Positions 56,604-64,000 of a stretch of 64,000 nucleotides of DNA are shown piece by piece. The notes below the pieces were generated by a model. That model did not search any database. It was not told where the DNA came from and was given only the letters and a program-made list of their open reading frames with translations. The stretch is from Paenibacillus allorhizosphaerae. Lineage in GTDB: Bacteria; Bacillota; Bacilli; Paenibacillales; NBRC-103111. A program made the position numbers and the translations under genes. Positions within the stretch are counted from its first letter, which is position 1. Every line of letters starts with the position of its first letter. The DNA is taken from positions 97,726 to 161,725 of the forward strand of contig NZ_CAJVCE010000016.1 in the NCBI RefSeq assembly GCF_910594985.1. The letters are read 5' to 3'.

Positions 56604-59147
56604 TTGCTACAATCTCGTGAATCAGCTATATTACAAGTATTTGAGGAAAAAATCCCGCAACATTATGAATCTTCAGAAATACGAATTGGACAAGTCCAAA
56701 TGGCTTTGGACATTGCTGCATTTCTTCATCGCAACCAGAAAAAACACAATATATTGGTTATTGAAGCTCCAGTCGGTACAGGAAAATCTCTGGGTGCCTT
56801 GGTTCCTGCGATGGTGGAAGCAAAACTCGAGCGCGGATTCACCCACAAACGTGTCGTCTACGCAACTGCTACGATTAACCTTCAAGGTCAGTTGATGCAG
56901 GAAGAGGTACCATTACTGCGAAATTTCGAGCTTATAAATCAAGCCATCCTCGCAAAAGGTAAAGCACATTACTATTGCCATAAGGAATTGAGCGCTTCTG
57001 ATCAGATTGACGAAAGAATTCATCAGAAACTTTCTACGTTTTTCGCAGAAGCGCGGACGGGACATCGCGATGAATTCGAGTCTTCCCATGGTGATATTGA
57101 AAATGCCATTTGGGATCGAGTTAACTTAAAAGCCACCAAAAGAGAATGCGATAACTGTATCTACTCTCTAAGCTGCCCATCCCATACCCATCGTGGCCGT
57201 TTCATGTTGGATAACAATGATCTTGTAATCACCAATCACGAGCAATTAATAAGATCAGTTTTGAATCGGCTTCAAGAACCGGCATTCCCGCCTATTGTGC
57301 CTATTGACCCGGGTATTATTGTAATCGACGAAGCCCATCATTTCCAAGAGAACTTTTTATCACAGCTGCAAGAAACAGTTACTATACGAGATCTGCGTGC
57401 AATCGCAAAGCATAAACGTTTCCCTAGTAGTTTACGAAAGAAGTTACTTCGATTGGTCGGGGATCTTGAACTTAAATTCCATACTGAAGCCATGAAGATC
57501 GAATCCTTACAAGGTCGCTACCCGCTCCCCGATTTTGTCCACCCTACTTTGGAAGATCTGCATGAACTTATCCGTGAAAGCATTGATGTCATTGCTATTC
57601 AAGATCGACAACGGGCTACTCCATGGGAACGTGAAGATGAGTATGTGAACCGATTAGAACTAACGCTCGAAACGCTTAATCATTTACAGAACTCCAAGCG
57701 GTACGTGAGCTGGATAACCTATCAAGACTACGAACTTTCCAGTGTGCCTGTCAATTTCCCTTCTAGGTTCAAGGAGTTGCTTGATTTTTTAACTCTTCGC
57801 AATAAAATCATCGTGATGTCAGGAACTTTAACCACCAATGGAGATTTCGGAAGCTTCCTAAATCAATGGCGCCTCACTTATGACCAGGTGGATGTCAAAG
57901 CTATTAAAGAGTCCTTTCAGTATGAGAAGCAGGCCTTGATTTATGTACCGGAAGGGGTCCAAGATCCAAGAGATGCTTCAAAATCTTGGTATGAGGACCA
58001 AACTCAGCATACAGATAATCTTCTTCGTCTCACAGGCGGACGAACATTGATTCTTTCTACTTCAAAACAACATATGGAGACCATGGCAGAACCGCTTGAA
58101 ACTATTTGTCATTCACTTGGTGTGACCTTCCTACGACAAGAACTTGGCGGAGTGGAGCAATTAACCAAACAGTTTAAACAGGATGAGACCAGCGTATTAC
58201 TTGGAAGTGGCAGCTTTTTTTCAGGTTTCTCGGTATCCGGAAGTTCGCTGGTTTCCGTAATCTTTTCTCGTCTGCCTTTCCCTGTACCCGACGATCCATA
58301 CCTAAAACTCATTGGAGCGGGTTTTGAAGATGTCTTCTTCGAAGAGATCATTTTGCCCAATATGATGACGCGGCTCAACCAAGGCGTCGGCCGCCTCATT
58401 CGCGATATAAAAGATTTCGGAATCATTACGATCCTTGACCCACGCGTATTTGATTCGGAATACGGCAAATTCATTTGTAGTGATCTTGAGCAGAAGGGAT
58501 ATCGGTTTACACGCTCGTTGGAAGAAGTTCGACACTTTTACCACCAAAAGCTTACTGCCGGAAGCGAAGCTCGATACGACCCATATAATCGTTCTTATTT
58601 GACTATTCACGAAACCCTCAAAGAATTTGGTTACGGGGCTCGGGTTCAGGCAAAACCTGAAAAAATAAAGAGACCGAAGAAGCACAAGATTACTGAAGAG
58701 CAAATGATTTTTGCAGAAAGTATCTGCAAAGAAAAAAATAAAAAGCTCACTGCGAAGATAAAATTCGCAGAGGATCTTTATCATTTCCTTGTCGATCTTT
58801 ATTATGTGGAGTACAGCAGCATTACTCCGATACAAGCGCATTTTCCGTATCAAAACGATGAGCAACGTGAACAATTATCGAAGTATTTAGGTTCTGGTGT
58901 CAGGACATATCGGATGAAAAAATGCACGTTTGACGTGTTCGGGTGTGAAGGACAATGTTCCGAACATTTTAGAGATGAACTTTACAATCTTGTAAAAAAT
59001 GCCGGCGGTCATGTTGAAGAAATCCGCCCAGCTGAAAAATTTTGCTGGCTGATGATAAAGCCATTTGATCAAAATGATCAAATAATGGAGACTATCACAG
59101 CAAGAAAACAAGCAGCTGCTAGCATCGATAAATCTCTTTCCCAATAG
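56604..59147 (+). CDS. DinG/XPD (Rad3)-family Fe-S helicase with a C-terminal extension of about 200 aa.
   Basis: Walker A APVGTGKSLGALVP. DEAH box IVIDEAHHF. A four-Cys Fe-S insertion is present (CHKEL...CDNC...C). An extended -10 promoter TGTTATAAT lies at 56556-56564. The C-terminal region contains CTFDVFGCEGQCSEHF. Confidence 0.8.
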   Translation: MLQSRESAILQVFEEKIPQHYESSEIRIGQVQMALDIAAFLHRNQKKHNILVIEAPVGTGKSLGALVPAMVEAKLERGFTHKRVVYATATINLQGQLMQEEVPLLRNFELINQAILAKGKAHYYCHKELSASDQIDERIHQKLSTFFAEARTGHRDEFESSHGDIENAIWDRVNLKATKRECDNCIYSLSCPSHTHRGRFMLDNNDLVITNHEQLIRSVLNRLQEPAFPPIVPIDPGIIVIDEAHHFQENFLSQLQETVTIRDLRAIAKHKRFPSSLRKKLLRLVGDLELKFHTEAMKIESLQGRYPLPDFVHPTLEDLHELIRESIDVIAIQDRQRATPWEREDEYVNRLELTLETLNHLQNSKRYVSWITYQDYELSSVPVNFPSRFKELLDFLTLRNKIIVMSGTLTTNGDFGSFLNQWRLTYDQVDVKAIKESFQYEKQALIYVPEGVQDPRDASKSWYEDQTQHTDNLLRLTGGRTLILSTSKQHMETMAEPLETICHSLGVTFLRQELGGVEQLTKQFKQDETSVLLGSGSFFSGFSVSGSSLVSVIFSRLPFPVPDDPYLKLIGAGFEDVFFEEIILPNMMTRLNQGVGRLIRDIKDFGIITILDPRVFDSEYGKFICSDLEQKGYRFTRSLEEVRHFYHQKLTAGSEARYDPYNRSYLTIHETLKEFGYGARVQAKPEKIKRPKKHKITEEQMIFAESICKEKNKKLTAKIKFAEDLYHFLVDLYYVEYSSITPIQAHFPYQNDEQREQLSKYLGSGVRTYRMKKCTFDVFGCEGQCSEHFRDELYNLVKNAGGHVEEIRPAEKFCWLMIKPFDQNDQIMETITARKQAAASIDKSLSQ

Positions 59148-59226
59148 GACTAGCGCGTCAAACCGGCTCTAAAATTCGCAGAACCTGCATTCTGCAAAGT
59201 ATATTTTCCGAAATTACAGTAGTCTA

Positions 59227-59262
59227 AAATAAACCCGCTCCATATCAAAATGAAGCGGGTTT
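59227..59262. terminator. Bidirectional terminator hairpin between the helicase (+) and the rsfA-like gene (-).
   Basis: AAACCCGCTcc...GCGGGTTT stem with T-runs on both sides. A near-identical element lies at 35631-35668. Confidence 0.55.
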
Positions 59263-59351
59263 TTCTGCTTTCTTATGATTTTCAAGCTGCCGTTTTTGGG
59301 AGTGGCCGCCCCCAATAGTTACGATCTCAATCACCTCTTCGAGGCTTAACC

Positions 59352-59908
59352 CTAAATGGCATCCTGTATAAACCCTAAATCTCTTGCGCGATTAATTATC
59401 GCTATAAGCTTCTGTAGGTCGTCAGTCTGCCCTGCCCCATTTGTTTCCCTTTGCTCCAATTTTGCCATTAAGACTGCATTCTCTTGCTCCGCATTTACTA
59501 ACTTATTACGTAGCGAATGAATCTCCTCCGCCATTTGTTGTATCGATCGCTGCAACCGTCTCCCCATTTGCATAAAATGATCAGTTTGCTGTATCAAGAC
59601 ATCATCAAAGTCTTGAACTATCTCCTCATTAATGGGATGGGGTTGTCTAGTCTTAACAGATGCCGGTTTCTTCTTAGCCTGCTGCCGCTCGAGCTTGGCC
59701 TGTTGATTGCTGTTTCGTAATTCTTCCGGACCTCCGAATTCCATCGAAAACCACTTGCCGCAGCGGTACGTGTTCCTTGTGAAATCTCTTCGTAACGCTG
59801 GAAACCTATGAGCTGCGTTTCGCCATTTCGAATACTATCGAGAACCGTTTCAGCGAGCTTGTTATCTTCTTCACTTGTCCATTCGTCTTTTCGTACACCC
59901 TTATTCAA
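59352..59908 (-). pseudogene. rsfA: RsfA-like (Myb/SANT) prespore transcriptional regulator, interrupted by a frameshift.
   Basis: The N-terminal part (59908..59618) carries DEWTSEEDNKLAETVL...TRTAAASGFRWNSEVRKNYETAI, typical of the RsfA family. The C-terminal coiled-coil part continues in another frame (59744..59352). The two ORFs overlap over 59618-59744. Confidence 0.45.
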
Positions 59909-60244
59909 TGTATAGGTTACCTCCCTTTGTCAGTGTTATATCCAGATATTATCCTTTCAAATAATTATTTATTCTTGTGCAATGCAATAGACAAGGTGGG
60001 AAATAGCTTCGCAATGTTAAACGGAGCACCTCAGACCACCTTTTTAGAGGTCCGATTAAATGTAAACATACTTATCAAGTAGAGTAATTCATGCCTGTTC
60101 TGGTAATACAGACCCTCAACGCGGGATCCTCCTTAAATGACAAAAGGAGGCGGTTGTGATTCGCTGCCCCCGCTTCCCCATCAAGCACAGCTCCTTCGCA
60201 TTAGAGTGGGAAATTATTAGAATTATCGAAAACTGTTCCGAGAT

Positions 60245-61018
60245 TCAATACTCTATCGTAATTACTGGTGTACCGATCGTGAGCCGCCATGCATTGGTAA
60301 ACGAATCCCGGTGCACAGCAGCCTGCAGATGAATTTTTTGCGAGCCGCTGTCTACGGAATGATGCAGCACATTCGATGTATATGAGATGCTGACCGTACC
60401 GGTATCCTCATACCGTTCCACCGCTTTAGCTCGCAACTGTCCTTGCACGTTCCGAAGCGCTTCCTGCGCGCCCTCTCCCGACTGCTCCCTTAACATCCCC
60501 TGTATCATTACATTCCACACGCCTTCAAAAGGAATCTTCTCCAGCTGCCGTTCGACCGTTTCTTGAATAACAGCTGCTTTCATCTTCATTTCTTTGAAAG
60601 GAAGCCCCGGGCATTCCGACTTTACGATGGCGTACGACTGACCGGCACCAAGCCCTGCGAGAAGCAGCGTTTGCGTACAACCTTCAATCGTTTGCCATTC
60701 CTCGCGGTACACGGCTTCTCCCTGCTGCTCTGCTAAGGCGCTTAGTTCAGGTATACCGAGCAGCCTACTCCACTCTTGACCGAGGCGAAGCAAGTCTTCA
60801 TTGCTATTGTACGGGCGGAACGGACCGTTTTTTTTCATCACAAGACGAATAGGCGTATCCTCGGACATCGTTTGCTCCGCGGTTTTCAACAGCAGCATCG
60901 TATCTTCGGAAGCGCCGAGTTCCGGTCTTGCCAAACCGCGCTCCGACTGCAGAAGCCACCATCCGAGAATACCAATCACCATCAGCAAGCATACCGTTTT
61001 AAGCGATTTTGTCCGCAC
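60245..61018 (-). CDS. YwmB-like conserved hypothetical protein (secreted or membrane-anchored).
   Basis: 257-aa ORF with an N-terminal signal/TM (VCLLMVIGILGWWLL). Its composition resembles the Bacillus YwmB family. This assignment is tentative. Confidence 0.4.
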   Translation of the reverse strand: MRTKSLKTVCLLMVIGILGWWLLQSERGLARPELGASEDTMLLLKTAEQTMSEDTPIRLVMKKNGPFRPYNSNEDLLRLGQEWSRLLGIPELSALAEQQGEAVYREEWQTIEGCTQTLLLAGLGAGQSYAIVKSECPGLPFKEMKMKAAVIQETVERQLEKIPFEGVWNVMIQGMLREQSGEGAQEALRNVQGQLRAKAVERYEDTGTVSISYTSNVLHHSVDSGSQKIHLQAAVHRDSFTNAWRLTIGTPVITIEY

Positions 61019-61809
61019 CCGTACTTCACTCCATTTCCGAATCTATCAATCTATCAATCAGTATGCCCAACCGATCCGTGGACTTATACCCTGGAAAATG
61101 GGCACGAGCCTTCGCATTCGTCCGAGGGTTACACTCTCAATAATTCACTGATTACCGCATAAAAAAAGAAGGCGACCATGGCCGGCCGCCCCAGTAAACC
61201 TATTTATAGTAATCAAAAAAATATAACACTGTATAGTTGGTTAGTCAATATTTTGATTTGTATCCATATTTGGGAATATACTGAAAAAAGGAGAGTATGA
61301 TAGTATAGACCAATCCACATCGTTGGTTACGTGATGCCTCAAATGGACCGGCAATAATGTCGGTCCATTTAATTTGAAAAATGATTTATTATGCGGAATA
61401 ACTCGTACCTGCTCCGGTAATACTATGAACCCACAATGTGGGATCCTCCTTAAATGACGAAGGGGCTGCGAAGGTAGCCCCTGGTTATAATTGCAAGAAG
61501 AGGGTCCATCGTAGAAATTTTCTCCTGCATTTGCCGTTTAATCGGCAGTCTCTTGAAAATGTAGGATGCAGAAAATATGGCTTCCGTCATTCGGCCTTAT
61601 AGAATCAATTAATCGATAACCAGATCTTTACTTGCGAGCAAAAAATATATCTGCTGATCGGCACCATGCACAATTATCCGACCCTCAGAATCCGTATCCA
61701 TATCCAACACATCCGCTGGATTCAGGATTTTTAATTCATGAGTCATTTTATGAATTACATGGTACATCATAATCGCTATCCCCCTCATTTTCTTGTCGAT
61801 CCATACGGC

Positions 61810-62484
61810 TCAAATGATTCGTTCTAAGCACTCAGGTATGTCATTCTTAACGTTCCCTACTATATTTGAAACGGGATAAGCTTCCATCTCCTTTGATGAA
61901 TAAGGCGTGAGCAGCGTCTTTAGAAAATCAGTATCAGTTGTCTTCGGTTCTAGCCATGCCTCCTCATTTTCTTTTGGAAGTATAACGGGCATTCTATTGT
62001 GAATTTTTTCCATGAGCTGGTTTGGTTCGATTGTGATGATGCTGCAGGAAGTCACTTCGTTTCCATCTGAATTTCTCCAAACATCATATAACCCCGCGAA
62101 ACCAAATACCTGTCTATCTTTTACCACAATTCTCATAGGCTGCTTTTGCTTCGAATCTTCTTGTACTTGCCACTCGAAAAAACCATTACTTAATATCAAA
62201 GCCCTTGAACGTTTAAATGGCTCCCGGAAAGCCGGCTTTGATATTAAAGTCTCAGCCCTAGCATTAAATGTGGTATACCCCGACTTTGAATCTTTGGACC
62301 AAAATGGAATTAGTCCCCATCTCATTTTCCGTATCTCATTCGTAACGCCATTGTTCGTAATAACCCAAACATTAGAGGTTGGAGCTATGTTAAATCTTGC
62401 TTTGTATGACTCCATCGAGCCGATAAACTGATATTCGTCTCGGATCACGTTCTCTTCAACCGATAAACTGAAGCGTCCACACAT
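61810..62484 (-). CDS. SOS-response-associated peptidase (SRAP/YedK, DUF159), an abasic-site DNA-protein crosslinking protein.
   Basis: N-terminal MCGRF with the catalytic Cys2. The 224-aa size is typical of the SRAP family. Confidence 0.8.
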   Translation of the reverse strand: MCGRFSLSVEENVIRDEYQFIGSMESYKARFNIAPTSNVWVITNNGVTNEIRKMRWGLIPFWSKDSKSGYTTFNARAETLISKPAFREPFKRSRALILSNGFFEWQVQEDSKQKQPMRIVVKDRQVFGFAGLYDVWRNSDGNEVTSCSIITIEPNQLMEKIHNRMPVILPKENEEAWLEPKTTDTDFLKTLLTPYSSKEMEAYPVSNIVGNVKNDIPECLERII

Positions 62485-63165
62485 TTTTACATCGCCCCTA
62501 CCGCATTGGATTCAGTATGATTAACCCGCCTGTTTTATTCTCCAATTATATCACTAGTAATTGATTGCAAGAATCTGAAATTCCTGGATTATGCACCTGT
62601 TATTCCGTTCTTAATGCGGAAATAGGCTCTGGCTAATTAGAAAAAGAAGCGGGACTTGGACTGTTTAAAACATGTCCAGGCTCCGCTCCCTCCAAGCCGA
62701 TTGAGGATGTTAGGCGTCAAAAAATTATCGATCGATAGCAAACCTATTATTAGCGAATGTGTGGTGTCATAATTAGAGAGAAATTGGTTCATAAAAACCC
62801 TGTTATATTACAATACGTTTTCAGAATTATTGAGATTCACCTTGCTCGATCAAGTCCCGGATTCGCTGTTTGTTCATAATTACTGCGAAAAACCACAAAT
62901 AAAAGTTTGCATAAATATCTGTATATCGAAAACCTTTACGCTGGAAGCCCATGTGTCCTCTGTAACGTATATCGTGGCCCCCCTTAAAGTCCGAACCTCA
63001 TTTTGTCACTTAACCCATAAGTTTGCCGCTTTGGCATGCTTATGCTTCCAAATTACCGCGGCAATCTTATGCTTCCAAAAACAAAAAGCCCTTGAATAAC
63101 AAGGACTTTCTTCGATACATCCATAGCTTCGTCTAAGCATTACTCCATTGAACTATCGTCTCCCG

Positions 63166-63669
63166 TTAGTTGAATATTGCTGCTTCTTCAAAAGCCATTC
63201 TAAAGACCTCTTTACTTTCTTTTATTTCGATACTTTTAACGTTTGTTAGATATCTGCTTACTTTCTGCTCATCAATATAAGTGAAAGTACCGCGTAAATC
63301 TTTATGGTGAATCAGCCAGCGTAGAGTTATCACAATCGAATAAAAGATGTTTGGAAACTCTCGCTCAATTTCACTTTGGCGTTGTAATAATGCATCCATG
63401 TATTTTTCAAAATCATGGCAATCGTGAAGTTCTTTTTTTGTCCTATAAAAGGGAAATCCACTGCCATCTTCCCACTCGGTTAAAAGTCCTAAAAACGCAA
63501 TAAGTGACGCTGATCGATATCTAGTATTATTATCATCGAAATGCAAATGGTAAGGGTATAGAAGACTTGTACACCAATCGAAATCAACGATGCCCCCTTC
63601 CTTACGAATGCATTCATACAATAAGTTTACTTTATCTTCTAATTTAGAATAGTCTTTGATATTGCTCAC
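63166..63669 (-). CDS. Hypothetical protein.
   Basis: 167-aa ORF with no recognised motifs. Confidence 0.35.
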   Translation of the reverse strand: MSNIKDYSKLEDKVNLLYECIRKEGGIVDFDWCTSLLYPYHLHFDDNNTRYRSASLIAFLGLLTEWEDGSGFPFYRTKKELHDCHDFEKYMDALLQRQSEIEREFPNIFYSIVITLRWLIHHKDLRGTFTYIDEQKVSRYLTNVKSIEIKESKEVFRMAFEEAAIFN

Positions 63670-64000
63670 CTCAATTTTTTACTGTCCATTACATATTAAC
63701 ACATATTGGAAGTAACCTGCCCGTTAGCGGGGAAAATGCCGCCGAACATTCGCGGCGGCCATTTGGTGTAAATCATTGAACTAACGTTACCCGTTAGCGT
63801 AACGACGCCTCGTGATGCACTGTATTGAGCTCTCTTGGATTTTCTACAATTCATTTATTCATTAAAAAACCAGTTTTCTGGTAGCCCTCTCCAGGATTTT
63901 CTATGAATATCCCCTACAGTATTAGTCGATCGGTACCATGCAATGTACTTATTGTCATTTATTGAGTATGTCACTTTATAATACGCATTTCCAACTATAT

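Noticed and set aside
1-64000. Looked for CRISPR arrays (regular 28-37-bp repeats with spacers) and rRNA genes.
   Set aside because: No periodic repeat-spacer structure and no rRNA-like conserved stretches were seen anywhere in the window.

Overview
This 64-kb window looks like a Firmicutes (Bacillus/Paenibacillus-like) accessory region: the right end of an integrative-conjugative element, followed by a dense defence/repair island. No tool was available, so all calls rest on reading the six-frame translations and the nucleotide sequence by eye.

From 1 to about 13.6 kb the genes match a Tn916/ICEBs1-style conjugation module and its recombination end:
- TcpE/ConD-like membrane protein.
- VirB4-like ATPase.
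- VirB6/ConG-like polytopic membrane protein.
- CwlT-like muramidase.
- DnaQ-type exonuclease.
- Tyrosine integrase.
- AT-rich att-like spacer.
- Excisionase/HTH genes.

Downstream lie, in order:
- A complete Wadjet operon jetABCD with overlapping coupled genes (14.8-22.7 kb).
- Secreted and membrane proteins carrying DUF4352-like and copper-amine-oxidase-like domains.
- A three-gene operon of an unknown protein, a divergent McrB-like AAA+ protein and a McrC/DUF2357-like PD-(D/E)xK protein (27.3-32.4 kb). With an adjacent 481-aa nuclease-like ORF it is bracketed by a 34-bp direct repeat.
- A YhaM-like OB/HD exonuclease.
- Two small unknown gene pairs.
- An orphan solute-binding lipoprotein.
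- A strong sigma-A promoter driving a redundant array of about 22 tRNA or tRNA-like genes (42.95-45.03 kb).
- A DUF458-like protein, then RtcB RNA ligase.
- tRNA-half fragments.
- An SPFH/band-7 protein.
- A canonical McrBC pair (51.8-55.3 kb).
- A GC-rich noncoding block of about 450 bp.
- A stand-alone DinG/XPD-family Fe-S helicase.
- A frameshifted rsfA-like gene, a ywmB-like gene and an SRAP/YedK gene.

Several short nucleotide repeats recur in intergenic regions. No rRNA genes or CRISPR arrays were seen. tRNA boundaries and anticodon calls are manual and approximate.
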